From Rhodospirillales bacterium (GTDB taxonomy: Bacteria; Pseudomonadota; Alphaproteobacteria; Rhodospirillales; UBA2165): a stretch of 64,000 nt of DNA. The stretch spans positions 13,702-77,701 of the forward strand of contig JAJDXO010000045.1 of assembly GCA_022823235.1 (NCBI GenBank), given 5' to 3'. Positions 18,625 to 29,299 of this stretch are shown piece after piece. How positions within the stretch are numbered: the stretch's first letter is position 1; every line of letters begins with the position of its first letter. Under the pieces are notes generated by a model. The model saw only the letters and a program-made list of their open reading frames with translations, was not told the DNA's origin and did not search any database. The translations under genes and the position numbers were made by a program.

Positions 18625-19577
18625 CGGAAGAGGATACCGGACAGAAACCCGGCTGGCTGAACCGGCTGACATCCGGACTGCGGCGCACGTCGTCGGCGCT
18701 AAATCAAAATCTGGGCGATCTGTTTTCGGGCGCTCGAAAACTCGACAGAGCCACGCTTGATGAACTCGAAGAGTTGCTCATCGCGGCCGACATCGGCGTC
18801 TCGACGGCGGCAAAGCTTACCGGGAAATTCGCCGAGGGACGCTTCGACCAGGAAGTCACCGGTGACGAGGTCCGCGCCGCCCTTGCGGCACAGATCGCGG
18901 AAATCCTGTCGCCGGTTGCCGAGCCTTTGGCGATAGATCCGGGCCACCGGCCCCACACGGTCCTCGTTTGCGGCGTGAACGGCAGCGGCAAGACCACCAC
19001 CGTCGGCAAGCTCGCCCAATTATACCGGGACCAGGGATTGAGCGTCATGCTGGCCGCCGCGGACACGTTCCGGGCAGCGGCCGTGGAGCAGCTTCAGATT
19101 TGGGGCGAACGCACGGGCGCGCCGGTCGTGGCGCGCGAGACCGGCGCCGACGCGGCAGGCCTGGTGTTCGACGCCATCGAAGAAGCGCGGCGGCAAAACG
19201 TCGATCTGCTGCTGATCGATACCGCGGGCCGGCTTCAGAACAGAACCGAGCTGATGGATGAACTCAAGAAGATCATCCGGGTCGCCAAGAAGCTGGATGC
19301 AACGGCACCGCAATCAACCCTGTTGGTGCTCGACGCAACCGTGGGCCAGAACGCTCACTCCCAGGTCGAGACATTCCGCGAAATGGTCGACGTGACCGGC
19401 CTCGCGGTGACTAAACTGGACGGCAGCGCGAAGGCCGGCGTGGTGGTGGCGCTGGCCGAGAAATTCGGTCTGCCGATCCACGCGATCGGGGTCGGCGAGC
19501 AGGCTGACGACCTGCGGCCCTTCGATGCGGCTTCGTTCGCCCGGGCGCTGGTGGATTTGGGACCGGAAGCCGCCTAG
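18621..19577 (+). CDS. ftsY: Signal recognition particle receptor FtsY (short form, no long acidic A domain)
   Basis: 318 aa with GVNGSGKTTT, DTAGR and TKLDG motifs. ATGA overlap with mtaB. Confidence 0.92.
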   Translation: MTEEDTGQKPGWLNRLTSGLRRTSSALNQNLGDLFSGARKLDRATLDELEELLIAADIGVSTAAKLTGKFAEGRFDQEVTGDEVRAALAAQIAEILSPVAEPLAIDPGHRPHTVLVCGVNGSGKTTTVGKLAQLYRDQGLSVMLAAADTFRAAAVEQLQIWGERTGAPVVARETGADAAGLVFDAIEEARRQNVDLLLIDTAGRLQNRTELMDELKKIIRVAKKLDATAPQSTLLVLDATVGQNAHSQVETFREMVDVTGLAVTKLDGSAKAGVVVALAEKFGLPIHAIGVGEQADDLRPFDAASFARALVDLGPEAA

Positions 19578-19589
19578 AGCAGTTTCCGG
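19575..19589 (+). repeat. Copy 1 of the recurrent motif TAGAGCAGTTTCCGG (the TAG is the ftsY stop codon)
   Basis: Exact 15-mer read directly. Identical to the copy at 21481-21495 (minus strand) and one substitution from 44153-44167. Confidence 0.7.
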
Positions 19590-19610
19590 ACGCCGATGCC
19601 GCCGCCGATT

Positions 19611-20129
19611 TCAGATCTTCAGCGGTGCGTGCTCGATCACCGCGGTGGACCCTCGGCGATGGTGATCGAGGGCCCATTGCACGCTGGGGAAGGCCAGATC
19701 ATCCCAGGGAATTTGATCCCACTCGAACAACCCCACCTCCTCGCTCTCCTCTCCGGGCGCGAACCCTTCACTCAGCATTTCGGCCCGAAACACCATATAG
19801 ACCTGACTCAAGTGCCGGATCTCATAGACCCCCATCAGGTCGCCGATCTCGACCTCGGCGCAGGCTTCTTCCCAGACCTCGCGCCGGGCGCCGTCGGCGA
19901 TGGTCTCCCCCATCTCCAGATAGCCGGCCGGCATGGTCCAGTAGCCTTTTCTGGGCGGGATCGCCCGACGGCAGAGCAGATACTTGTCTTCCCAGACACA
20001 CACCGCGCCGACGATCACTTTCGGATTCCGGTACTCGATGTAGCCGCAGTCCGGGCAAACCAACCGTTCGACCGTATCGCCGACCGGCACCGTCCTGACG
20101 GATGGTCCGTTGAACTGGTCTTCAGACAT
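19611..20129 (-). CDS. NUDIX hydrolase with an N-terminal CxxC zinc-ribbon-like element
   Basis: 172 aa. Nudix box [26 protein letters not shown] near the N-terminus. Confidence 0.8.
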   Translation of the reverse strand: MSEDQFNGPSVRTVPVGDTVERLVCPDCGYIEYRNPKVIVGAVCVWEDKYLLCRRAIPPRKGYWTMPAGYLEMGETIADGARREVWEEACAEVEIGDLMGVYEIRHLSQVYMVFRAEMLSEGFAPGEESEEVGLFEWDQIPWDDLAFPSVQWALDHHRRGSTAVIEHAPLKI

Positions 20130-20171
20130 GCCGCTAGTCTGGGTCAGCGGCGCGCCGCTGACAAGCTACGG

Positions 20172-21326
20172 TTAGCGGGAAAGCACGTCGACCCCGGGCA
20201 GGGACTTGCCCTCCAGCCATTCGAGAAACGCGCCGCCGGCGGTCGAAACGTAGCTGAAAGCCTCGACCGCATTTGCCGTTGCCAGGGCGGCGACGGTGTC
20301 GCCACCCCCGGCGACGCTCAACAAGTCACCGGACCGGGTCCGGTCGGCCGCCGCACCGGCCACGTCCCTGGTCCCCCGATCGAATGGGGGAAATTCGAAA
20401 GCGCCGAGCGGTCCGTTCCATACCAGGGTCCGGCAGTTATTCATTTGCCCGATTATGGCGGCCGTCGTAGCCGGTCCGATATCCAGCATCATTTTATCAG
20501 CGGGAATTCGATCGGCCGGAACCGTCGCCGCGCCGACGTTCGCCGCGAGTTCCCCGGCGACGAGGCCGTCCGACGGCAGAATAACGCCGCAGCCGGAATC
20601 CGCGGCGGTCTGCGTGACCTTCCGCGCCGTTTCGGTCATGTCGGCCTCGACGAGAGAATTCCCTACCTGGACGCCATCCGCGAGCAGGAATGTGTTGGCC
20701 ATGGCGCCGCCAATCACCAGGTGGTCGACCTTTTCGATTAGATTTTCCAGCACGCCGATCTTGGTCGAGATCTTATTGCCGCCGACCACCGCCATGACCG
20801 GATGCTCGGGTGCCTCGAGCGCCTGCGTCAGGGCCGTCAGTTCCTTCTCCAGAAGCCGCCCCGCCGCCGATGGGAGGAGCCTTGCGATCCCGTCGATGGA
20901 CGCGTGGGCACGATGGGCGCAGGAAAAGGCATCATCCACGTAAAAATCGGCCAAGGCTGCAAGCTTCCCTGCGAACGCCGGGTCGTTGGCCTCTTCTCCC
21001 GGATCGAAGCGGAGGTTCTCGAGCAGGACCAGTTCACCCGACGCCCCGTCGCCGAACGAAACGGCACGACCGAGGGCGGCGCTCAGCGCCGGAACAATCG
21101 GCGCCAGGGAAAGGTCCGGCACCACCTGCCCCTTCGGGCGTCCAAAATGGCTGGCGAGCACGACGTTCGCCCCCCTGTCGAGGAGTTCGAGGATGGTCGG
21201 CCGGACGGCGTCGATCCGTGTGGCGTCGGAAACCAGACCGTCCCGCATGGGGACATTGAGGTCTACCCGGACGAGCACCCGCTTGCCGGCGACGTCCAGG
21301 TCATCGAGGGTTTGAAACTTGGTCAT
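20172..21326 (-). CDS. pgk: Phosphoglycerate kinase
   Basis: 384 aa. N-terminus KRVLVRVDLNVPM, plus the VVGGNKISTKIGVLENL region and a C-terminal STAGGAFLEWLEGK motif. Confidence 0.9.
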   Translation of the reverse strand: MTKFQTLDDLDVAGKRVLVRVDLNVPMRDGLVSDATRIDAVRPTILELLDRGANVVLASHFGRPKGQVVPDLSLAPIVPALSAALGRAVSFGDGASGELVLLENLRFDPGEEANDPAFAGKLAALADFYVDDAFSCAHRAHASIDGIARLLPSAAGRLLEKELTALTQALEAPEHPVMAVVGGNKISTKIGVLENLIEKVDHLVIGGAMANTFLLADGVQVGNSLVEADMTETARKVTQTAADSGCGVILPSDGLVAGELAANVGAATVPADRIPADKMMLDIGPATTAAIIGQMNNCRTLVWNGPLGAFEFPPFDRGTRDVAGAAADRTRSGDLLSVAGGGDTVAALATANAVEAFSYVSTAGGAFLEWLEGKSLPGVDVLSR

Positions 21327-21480
21327 GGGCCGTTGAGCGAGAGTTCTTCGGGCAGGTCGCCCTTATGCCATTGAGCCGCGGACATGAAAAGCGCAACGAA
21401 AAGCGGCCGCGCCAAATTTCACCGGACCACGCCAAGCAAATGTCCCGTACGCTCACTCAAGGGGGGGAGCGTTCGGGTGC

Positions 21481-21495
21481 CCGGAAACTGCTCTA
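21481..21495 (-). repeat. Copy 2 of the recurrent motif TAGAGCAGTTTCCGG (the TAG is the DUF1223 gene stop)
   Basis: The reverse complement of ccggaaactgctcta is an exact 15-mer. It lies 155 nt upstream of the pgk start on the same strand. Confidence 0.7.
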
Positions 21496-22254
21496 CTTAT
21501 GATCGGCGAGAGCAATCCTGGCGGCGCCCAATATGGGACCAGTCTGTTCCGACTGCAGAAAAACCGCACACCCGTCAACGTCGAGTTCGCGGAATTTGCC
21601 GGCGGAAACGGTGAGCTTCAACTTCTCTCCCTTCCACTCGCCGATCCTGACCAACTTCTTGACGATATTGAAATTCTCGATCACGCGGCCGCGATTCTCG
21701 CCGCGTCTGACCTCGGTCTTTTTGCTGCTCTGATAAAGCACAAGCCAAACGGACGCCTGCGCCGGCTGCGTGGAGGCGGGAACCGACACCCTGATCTCGC
21801 CGTCGTATCCGTGAGTGAGCCCGACCATCACGCCAGGCGCGTTGGCCGCCCTGGCAATTCGGCTATGTACCTCCCGTTCATCCGTACCGGAGGTCTCGGT
21901 CAGGCCATGGACCACCATCTGCGGCGTGTAGACGAACGACCGGGAGAAGTGGCGCGCATAGGTCCGCTGCCGCTTGGAGTGGGATGCATGGGCAAAGGGA
22001 TCCTTCCAGCCGATGTAATCCCAGTAATCCACATGGAACGACAAGGCGATGATATCGCTGCGCTTGGCCAATTTTCCAAGCAGCGCATCGGCAGGCGGGC
22101 AGGAAGAGCACCCTTGCGACGTATAGAGTTCGACGACCGTCGGGCTCCGGTCACCGGCCAGCGCGCCAAACGTGTGGGCTTGAACGGCCGTCAACGCCAG
22201 AAACAGGACGGACCCGAGGCCCCCGAGAGCAATGAAACGCATTAGTTGCCGCAT
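21493..22254 (-). CDS. DUF1223-family secreted thioredoxin-fold protein
   Basis: Signal peptide MRQLMRFIALGGLGSVLFLALTAVQA. VVELYTSQGCSSCPPAD and SFHVDYWDYIGWKD are the hallmark DUF1223 motifs. The start could be 22254 or 22242. Confidence 0.75.
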   Translation of the reverse strand: MRQLMRFIALGGLGSVLFLALTAVQAHTFGALAGDRSPTVVELYTSQGCSSCPPADALLGKLAKRSDIIALSFHVDYWDYIGWKDPFAHASHSKRQRTYARHFSRSFVYTPQMVVHGLTETSGTDEREVHSRIARAANAPGVMVGLTHGYDGEIRVSVPASTQPAQASVWLVLYQSSKKTEVRRGENRGRVIENFNIVKKLVRIGEWKGEKLKLTVSAGKFRELDVDGCAVFLQSEQTGPILGAARIALADHK

Positions 22255-22358
22255 GGTTCTGAGATACTGGAAGGCCCGCTCAACCGCCAATCAAATGCGG
22301 GTGAACGCTACCCGTCTCCCCTGGGCGGGCGGTCACGATTCGGCGATCCGAAATTCGG

Positions 22359-25034
22359 TCAGGACGCTTTCAGCCGGCGAAGCACATATTGGAGTATGCC
22401 GCCGTGCCGGTAGTACTCGACCTCGTCCGCCGTATCGATCCGGCACAGCAGCGTGATTTCCTCCGTCGAGCCGTCGGCCCGGGTAACCGTGCACGCGACA
22501 TCCATTCGCGGCTCGATTCCATCGGCGAGACCGGTAATGTCGAAGGTCTCCGTACCCTCGAGACCCAAGGTTTCCCGGGTCACGCCGTCCTTGAACTGCA
22601 GGGGCAGGACGCCCATGCCGACCAGGTTGGAGCGGTGGATGCGCTCGAAGCTTTCGACAATGACGGCCTTGACTCCGAGAAGACGGGTACCCTTGGCTGC
22701 CCAGTCGCGGGACGAACCGGTGCCGTATTCCTTTCCGGCCACAATGACCAGGGGGACGCCGTCGGCGGCGTACTTCACCGCCGCCTCATAGATCGACATC
22801 TGCTCCCCGGAGGGTTGGTAAATGGTCACGCCGCCTTCGGTGCCGGGCGCCATCTGGTTACGAATACGGATGTTCCCGAACGTGCCCCGCATCATCACCT
22901 CGTGGTTACCCCGCCGGGAACCGAACGAATTAAACTCGGAGACCCGAACCTGCCGTTCGGTCAGATAGGTGCCCGCCGGGCTGTCCGGTTTGATGGCGCC
23001 GGCCGGCGAAATGTGATCGGTGGTGACCGAGTCGCCGAGGATCGCAAGTTCACGGGCGCCGCGCACATCCTCAAAGCCGCCCGCCTCTTCCGGCATGCCC
23101 TCAAAGAAGGTCGGATATTTCACATAGGTGGAACTGTCTTGCCACTCGTAGGTCTTGGACTTGGCGGTCTGAATTTTTTGCCACCGCTCCGGTCCGTCCC
23201 AGACATTGCCGTACCGAATCTTGAACATCTCCGGCGTCACGGCGCTGTTTACGGTATCGCCGACTTCCCTGTTCGTCGGCCAGATGTCCTTGAGGTAGAC
23301 CGCGTTGCCGTCGGGGTCCTCGCCGAGGGGATCGTTCATCAGATCGACTTTCATGGAACCGGCGATCGCATAGGCAACCACCAATGGCGGCGAGGCAAGA
23401 TAGTTGGCCTTCACCTGGGCGTGCACCCGGCCTTCGAAGTTCCGATTGCCCGACAGAACCGCGGTTACCGTCAAATCGCCTTCGTCGATGGCCTCGGCAA
23501 TCGGTTCCGGCAAGGGGCCGGAATTGCCGATACAGGTGGTGCAGCCATACCCGACAAGATTGAAGCCAAGCGCATCGAGATCGTCCTGCAGGCCTGCCTT
23601 CTCGAGATAATCGCTGACCACCTGCGAGCCGGGTGCGAGAGACGTCTTGACCCACGGCTTGACCTTCAAGCCCTTGGCGAGCGCGTTCCGCGCCACGAGG
23701 CCGGCGCCCAGCATCACCGAGGGATTGGACGTATTGGTGCAGCTGGTGATGGCGGCAATGACCACATCGCCATCCTCGAGTTCGTAGTTGGCATCGGCGA
23801 CGGGCACCGGGCCCTTGCCGGCGCCGATGGTGGCGATTGCGTCGTCGAACGCGCTCGCAGCCCGGGAAAGCGCGATTTTGTCCTGCGGGCGCTTGGGGCC
23901 GGCGAGCGCCGGCTCCACCGTCGAGATATCGAGCTCGAGGGTATCGGTAAACTCGGGATCCGGCGTCGACGAATCGCGCCACATGCCTTGCGCCTTGGCA
24001 TAAGCCTCGACCAACGCGATGCGGTCTTCGTCGCGCGACGTGAAACGGAGGTAGCCGAGGGTCTCTTCGTCGACCGGAAAGATGCCGCAGGTCGCGCCAT
24101 ATTCCGGCGCCATATTGGCGATGGTGGCCCGGTCGGTCAGCGCCAAGGTATCCAGCGCGGGCCCGTAGAACTCAACGAATTTCCCGACCACGCCCTTCTC
24201 GCGCAGCATCTGCACGACGGTAAGCACCAGATCGGTTGCGGTCGTGCCTTCCCTAAGTTCGCCGGTAAGTTTGAACCCGACGACCTCGGGGATGAGCATG
24301 GAAACCGGCTGACCAAGCATGGCGGCTTCCGCCTCGATACCGCCGACACCCCAACCCAACACGCCCAAGCCGTTGACCATGGTGGTATGGCTGTCCGTGC
24401 CCACCAGGGTGTCCGGATAGGCGACGGTCGCGCCGTTCTCCGACGTCCATACGGTCTGGGCCAGATATTCGAGATTGACCTGATGGCAGATTCCCGTCCC
24501 GGGCGGCACGACCCGGAAGTTGTCGAACGCCTCCGATCCCCAGCGGAGAAATTCGTAACGCTCCTGATTCCGCTCGAACTCCAGATCGACGTTTGCCTTG
24601 AAGGCATCCGGCCCGGCAAACTGATCGACCATCACCGAGTGGTCGATCACGAGATCGACGGGGCTCAACGGATTGATTTTCCGGGGATCGCCGCCGAGGT
24701 CGAGCATCGCCTGACGCATGGCCGCCAGATCGACCACCGCCGGCACCCCGGTGAAATCCTGCATCAGCACCCGGGCCGGCCGATAAGCGATTTCCCGGTC
24801 GGAGCGCTTCTCCTTCAGCCACTCGGCGACGGCCTTGACGTCGTCCACGGTGACCGTCGTGCCGTCTTCGAAGCGGAGAAGGTTTTCGAGGAGAATCTTC
24901 AGGGAAAACGGAAGTTTGGAGATATCGCCGAGGCCGGCTTCGGAGGCAGCCTCCAGGCTGAAATAATCATAGCTTTTGCCGCCGGCTTCGAGCGTGCGGC
25001 GCGTCTTCAGGCTGTCATGGCCGGTCGCGGTCAT
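22359..25034 (-). CDS. acnA: Aconitate hydratase A
   Basis: 891 aa with [30 protein letters not shown] and [10 protein letters not shown] (Fe-S cluster Cys ligands). Confidence 0.93.
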   Translation of the reverse strand: MTATGHDSLKTRRTLEAGGKSYDYFSLEAASEAGLGDISKLPFSLKILLENLLRFEDGTTVTVDDVKAVAEWLKEKRSDREIAYRPARVLMQDFTGVPAVVDLAAMRQAMLDLGGDPRKINPLSPVDLVIDHSVMVDQFAGPDAFKANVDLEFERNQERYEFLRWGSEAFDNFRVVPPGTGICHQVNLEYLAQTVWTSENGATVAYPDTLVGTDSHTTMVNGLGVLGWGVGGIEAEAAMLGQPVSMLIPEVVGFKLTGELREGTTATDLVLTVVQMLREKGVVGKFVEFYGPALDTLALTDRATIANMAPEYGATCGIFPVDEETLGYLRFTSRDEDRIALVEAYAKAQGMWRDSSTPDPEFTDTLELDISTVEPALAGPKRPQDKIALSRAASAFDDAIATIGAGKGPVPVADANYELEDGDVVIAAITSCTNTSNPSVMLGAGLVARNALAKGLKVKPWVKTSLAPGSQVVSDYLEKAGLQDDLDALGFNLVGYGCTTCIGNSGPLPEPIAEAIDEGDLTVTAVLSGNRNFEGRVHAQVKANYLASPPLVVAYAIAGSMKVDLMNDPLGEDPDGNAVYLKDIWPTNREVGDTVNSAVTPEMFKIRYGNVWDGPERWQKIQTAKSKTYEWQDSSTYVKYPTFFEGMPEEAGGFEDVRGARELAILGDSVTTDHISPAGAIKPDSPAGTYLTERQVRVSEFNSFGSRRGNHEVMMRGTFGNIRIRNQMAPGTEGGVTIYQPSGEQMSIYEAAVKYAADGVPLVIVAGKEYGTGSSRDWAAKGTRLLGVKAVIVESFERIHRSNLVGMGVLPLQFKDGVTRETLGLEGTETFDITGLADGIEPRMDVACTVTRADGSTEEITLLCRIDTADEVEYYRHGGILQYVLRRLKAS

Positions 25035-25141
25035 GAGTATCTCCTTCGAAAATCAAATCCCATCCCTGGTCAGCGGTTCCCCCGTCCGACGACCGGGCCT
25101 TTGGGTACACCGGCAGTGTCCCGAAGTCCAGACTCAGGGGA

Positions 25142-26479
25142 TCAGCGGCCGGCCCGGCCGGCGACCAATCGGACCTTGCGCGGGCCCGCGAGCCACATGG
25201 CCATTATCGACAAGGCGCAGATCAGCATGGCCAGGACAAAGGACTGGTCGTAATTGCCTTGGAGATCGTGCAGCACCCCCGTCAGATACGGACCCAGCGC
25301 CCCGCCGCCGATCGACGCGCCGCCAAGCACGCCAAAAATGACCCCGTAACGCTTCCCGGCAAAAAGTTCGGCAGGGACGGCGCCAAATACGGAGGCAAGC
25401 CCATAACCCAGAAATCCTTGACACCCGACCATGACGTACATGAGCCACTCGGAGGGAAATTCGCGCAGCAGCAGCAGGCAGCCATAACTCGCCATGAACC
25501 CGAGAAGGGCGAGTGTCCAGGCCCATTCCCGGCCCGCCCGGTCGGAAAAGTGGCCAATGGCGATTTGGCCGGCGACGCCGGTCAAACCCACAAGGCCCAG
25601 CGCGAGCGCCGCGGATTCACGGGAGATCCCGATGTCGATCAGATAGCGGGTTTGATGAACCTGAACCGCATACCAGACGTAGAGGCCGAAAATAAAGGCG
25701 ATCATCAGCCACCAAAACCGGGCGGTCCTCATCGCCGATGCGAGCGTCCACTCGACCGCTACCCAATCCCGATCCACAATCCGGCTGGACGCCTCCCCGG
25801 TACCGGCGCCTTCCCTCGACCGGTCCGCGATCGCATCGCCATCGGGCCGCAGGCCCAGCTCTTCCGGCCGATGGCGCTGGAACAGAAAGTTAATCGGCAC
25901 CACAACAATCAACACCACCAACGCGACGCTCAGGCCGGCGGCCCGCCAACCATCCGACTGAATCGTGTGCTGCATCCACGGGAACAGGAGGATGGCGCCC
26001 ATGCCGACGCCCGAGAAGGCAATCCCGATTGCCAGGCCGCGCCGGCGATCAAACCAATTGGGCAGGAAAAGAGTGTGCCCCATGTAGCTCATGAAGACGG
26101 ACCCGCCGACCACCAAAATCCCCAACGTGAGATAGAAGTGCCAGGGCTCCGTCGCGATTGTCGCCAGGGCCAAACCGGCGCTGACCTGGATGGCGCCCAA
26201 CGGCACGACCCACCGCGGGCCGTAGCGGTCCATCAGGGCGCCGATAACGGGGGTCATCACGATTGAAGAGATAAAGCCGATCGAGAACGTCGCCGAGATA
26301 GTGCCCCGGGACCAGCCGAACTCGTCCAGAATCGGAGGAAACAGGAGAGAAAACGACGTCCGGGCATTGGCCCCGATGGCCATGGTGACGAAGGCAATGG
26401 CGACGACGACCCAGCCATAGAAAAACGGCAACCGGCGGGCAATATTCGCGGGACGGGGGGCGGCTGGGGGTTCCATCAT
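25142..26479 (-). CDS. MFS transporter
   Basis: About 445 aa with 12 predicted hydrophobic segments and an N-terminal LPFFYGWVVVAIAF motif. The start is taken at MMEPP (26479), because the track start at 26518 would abut the divergent ORF. Confidence 0.75.
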   Translation of the reverse strand: MMEPPAAPRPANIARRLPFFYGWVVVAIAFVTMAIGANARTSFSLLFPPILDEFGWSRGTISATFSIGFISSIVMTPVIGALMDRYGPRWVVPLGAIQVSAGLALATIATEPWHFYLTLGILVVGGSVFMSYMGHTLFLPNWFDRRRGLAIGIAFSGVGMGAILLFPWMQHTIQSDGWRAAGLSVALVVLIVVVPINFLFQRHRPEELGLRPDGDAIADRSREGAGTGEASSRIVDRDWVAVEWTLASAMRTARFWWLMIAFIFGLYVWYAVQVHQTRYLIDIGISRESAALALGLVGLTGVAGQIAIGHFSDRAGREWAWTLALLGFMASYGCLLLLREFPSEWLMYVMVGCQGFLGYGLASVFGAVPAELFAGKRYGVIFGVLGGASIGGGALGPYLTGVLHDLQGNYDQSFVLAMLICALSIMAMWLAGPRKVRLVAGRAGR

Positions 26480-26525
26480 CGCCGGGACTATAGACCGCGT
26501 GCCGGGGTCTGTCCCCAATGGTTGA

Positions 26526-27809
26526 TTGCAGAACCGGGATCACGCGTTAACAATTCGCCCGACTGCCAAAATTCACCGGACGCGTGGCGAATACGTGCAA
26601 CTCGAAAAACCCGAAGGACCCGTTCCGGGTCCGCGATCCTGGCTCGCCGACGTCGGCGTCGTTCACGCCAGCAATGCGCTGATCGCGTTCCTGTTCGCCG
26701 CCTCGGCGCCGGTGGCGATCGTTCTCGGTGTCGGTCTCAAGGGCGGATTGTCGGAGGCCGAACTGTCGTCGTGGGTGTTCGGCGGCTTCGCCCTCAACGG
26801 CGTCCTCAGCATTATCGTCTCCATCGTCTATCGGCAGCCGCTGGCGTTTTTCTGGACCATATCCGGATCCGTGCTGGTGGGACCCGCTCTGACTCACCTC
26901 AGCTTCCAGGAGGTGATCGGCGCCTTTCTGGCGACCGGCATCCTGCTGCTGGTGCTCGGGCTGTCCGGATTGGTCGGAAAGATCATGAAGCTGCTGCCCA
27001 TGCCGATCATCATGGGAATGGTGGCGGGCGTGTTTCTCGAATTCGGCCTGGATTGGGTGCGGGCGCTTTGGGACGATCCGCTGCTGGCGGGCTCGATGAC
27101 GGCGGCCTTCGTACTGCTGTCCCTCAACAGACGCATCGCCGAGAGATTTCCACCGATGATCGGCGTTCTGATCGTCGGCATCGTCGTGATTTTGGCGCAG
27201 GGTTCTTTCGACCCGGAGGGCGGATTCGGCTACCGGTTTGTCACGCCGATCGTTTTCCGGCCCGAATTTTCCCTGCCCGCCATGATCGAGCTGGTGATCC
27301 CATTGGCGATCACGGTGCTGGCGGCCCAGAACGCCCAGGGCATCGCCATTCTTCAAACCCGCGGTCACAAACCACCGGTCAACACCATCACCGCGGCCTG
27401 CGGGTTCAATTCATTGATAATCGGCATGTTCGGCTCGGTCTCGACCTGTCTGACCGGACCGGTGAACGCCATTCTGTCTTCCGGCGGCCGCAAGGAGACG
27501 CACTACATCGCCGCCGTGATCATCGGGCTGTTTGCGATCCTGTTCGGGCTTCACTCGCCCATGTTCACCAAGTTCCTGCTGGCATCGCCGCCCGCCTTCA
27601 TCGCCACCCTCGCCGGGCTCGCGTTGCTGCGTATTCTCGAAAGCGCGTTCAAGGTCTCGTTTGGCGGCAAGTTCACGCTGGGCGCCCTGGTATCGTTCCT
27701 GGTAACCCTCACCGAACTCACCCTATTCAATATTGGTGCGCCGTTCTGGGGTCTGGTGTTCGGATTTGCCGCATCCTGGCTGCTGGAGCGGGACCACTTC
27801 GACAAATAA
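26526..27809 (+). CDS. BenE-family (benzoate:H+ symporter-like) membrane transporter
   Basis: Polytopic protein. The ASNALIAFLFAASAPVAIVL and LPMPIIMGMVAGVFL segments resemble the BenE family. The start is uncertain; GTG at 26595 is an alternative. Confidence 0.6.
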   Translation: MQNRDHALTIRPTAKIHRTRGEYVQLEKPEGPVPGPRSWLADVGVVHASNALIAFLFAASAPVAIVLGVGLKGGLSEAELSSWVFGGFALNGVLSIIVSIVYRQPLAFFWTISGSVLVGPALTHLSFQEVIGAFLATGILLLVLGLSGLVGKIMKLLPMPIIMGMVAGVFLEFGLDWVRALWDDPLLAGSMTAAFVLLSLNRRIAERFPPMIGVLIVGIVVILAQGSFDPEGGFGYRFVTPIVFRPEFSLPAMIELVIPLAITVLAAQNAQGIAILQTRGHKPPVNTITAACGFNSLIIGMFGSVSTCLTGPVNAILSSGGRKETHYIAAVIIGLFAILFGLHSPMFTKFLLASPPAFIATLAGLALLRILESAFKVSFGGKFTLGALVSFLVTLTELTLFNIGAPFWGLVFGFAASWLLERDHFDK

Positions 27810-27896
27810 GCGTTCTTCCGCCGCGGCAACCGGATTTGACAGCGGCGTTTGGGGCATTACGCTGACGGAGAACAGAACAGATCGTTGAGAACAGTC

Positions 27897-28259
27897 ATGA
27901 TTCCCGCACGCATTGTCGGCGCGGCCGCCATTGCGGTGGTCCTGGCGACGTCGCCGGCCGGCGCCCAGAACGATCCGCGGCCTGACGCCGAGCGGCTCAA
28001 GCAGAACGACGCATGGTGCCCGATCGTGCTGAACCACCACCTGCCGGCCATCACGGATGCGTTCGCCGACTACGTCAAGAAGGAGCTGTCGAAAGGCCGG
28101 GATCAGGAGGTCTACGAAGCGGTCGCGCCGCTGCTCGAGACCCTGTCGTCGGTTGGCAGGATGGACGAGCGGGACCCGGTCAGGCAGGCGCATCTTGCCA
28201 TGGCGTGCACCCTCGGCCTGCCCGTGGTCAGGAAAATGATCGCCCGCGAACTCAGGTGA
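27897..28259 (+). CDS. Hypothetical secreted protein (120 aa, 2 Cys)
   Basis: Signal peptide MIPARIVGAAAIAVVLATSPAGAQ. I recognise no family. The 3' end overlaps the convergent amidohydrolase gene by 8 nt. Confidence 0.5.
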   Translation: MIPARIVGAAAIAVVLATSPAGAQNDPRPDAERLKQNDAWCPIVLNHHLPAITDAFADYVKKELSKGRDQEVYEAVAPLLETLSSVGRMDERDPVRQAHLAMACTLGLPVVRKMIARELR

Positions 28260-29274
28260 GCTCGATCCCGAACAGTTTGGCGGCGTTGCCTGACATGATC
28301 CGCTCCTTGGACGATGCGGACAGGCCGGAGGTCCGGGATACGAACCCCACCGGGTCGGTCTCTATTTCGCCGCGCGGGTAATCGGTGCCCATCATCACGT
28401 GCGTATCGCCGGCGCGCTTCACCAGGGTCCTGAGCATTTCGCGATCGAAGATCACGCTGTCGAAGTAAAACCGCTTGAGATAATCGCTGGGTTTTCGATC
28501 GATATTTGCCCGCGTCTCGGGGCGGGAATCGAATGCCTTGTCGCCGCGGCCCGGATAATACGGCAGATACCCGCCGCCATGGGCAACCACCACCTTGAGA
28601 TCGGGGTAGTCGTCCATGACACCCTCATAGACCAGGGACGCCATGACCAGCGCCTCTTCCAGGGGTTGGCCGACCGTGTTCCAGAGAAAGTATTTTCGCA
28701 ATCGATCGTCGTGAGTGAACCCGCGGGGGTGGATGAAGACCGGCACATCCAGTTCTTCCGCCTTCGCCCAGAATTTGCGGAACCTGGGCTCGCCCAAATC
28801 CCGGGTGCGGATGTTCGACGGGATGGTGACCCCGCGCAAGCCCAGCTCATTCACGGCATAATTCAGCTCGCGAACCGACCGGTTGACATCCTGCAACGGG
28901 ACGGCGCCGATGCCGATGAACCGGCCCGGGACCTTCGCGACAAATTCCGCAATTCCTTCATTGCACGCCCTGGCGATCCGCCGGCCGGTGGCGCCGTCGG
29001 CCCAGTAGGCGGGTGTCGGCAAGTTCATGCTGACCACCTGGATGTCGACGCGCATGGCGTCCATGTCCTTGAGCCGCGCCTTAGGCTCGACAAGCTTCTT
29101 CGCCACCGCCTTGGCCTGTCGGTCGTGCTCGCGAGATGAACCCGCCGGAATCCAATTTTGTTTCCCCGGCCCGGAGCCCCGCACCTTTACCTTGCGCGCC
29201 AATTCCAGGACCTCGGGCAGCGCGACATGGGTGTGCATGTCTATGCGGGGTCCTCTGCTGGATTTTCGCGGCAT
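28252..29274 (-). CDS. Amidohydrolase-2 family metal-dependent hydrolase/decarboxylase (ACMSD-like)
   Basis: 340 aa. N-terminal IDMHTHV (HxH metal site), with a later His and Asp (VVAHGGG, GTDYP) as in the amidohydrolase_2 family. Confidence 0.7.
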   Translation of the reverse strand: MPRKSSRGPRIDMHTHVALPEVLELARKVKVRGSGPGKQNWIPAGSSREHDRQAKAVAKKLVEPKARLKDMDAMRVDIQVVSMNLPTPAYWADGATGRRIARACNEGIAEFVAKVPGRFIGIGAVPLQDVNRSVRELNYAVNELGLRGVTIPSNIRTRDLGEPRFRKFWAKAEELDVPVFIHPRGFTHDDRLRKYFLWNTVGQPLEEALVMASLVYEGVMDDYPDLKVVVAHGGGYLPYYPGRGDKAFDSRPETRANIDRKPSDYLKRFYFDSVIFDREMLRTLVKRAGDTHVMMGTDYPRGEIETDPVGFVSRTSGLSASSKERIMSGNAAKLFGIELT

Positions 29275-29299
29275 AACGTCTCCCCCGAATTTTCAGTCC

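Noticed and set aside
26476-26600. The MFS and BenE-type ORFs apparently starting 7 nt apart back to back (26518 versus 26526).
   Set aside because: Such spacing leaves no promoter space and is probably an artefact of taking the longest ORF. The internal starts (ATG 26479 and possibly GTG 26595) give a ~115-bp divergent promoter region, but the BenE start remains uncertain.
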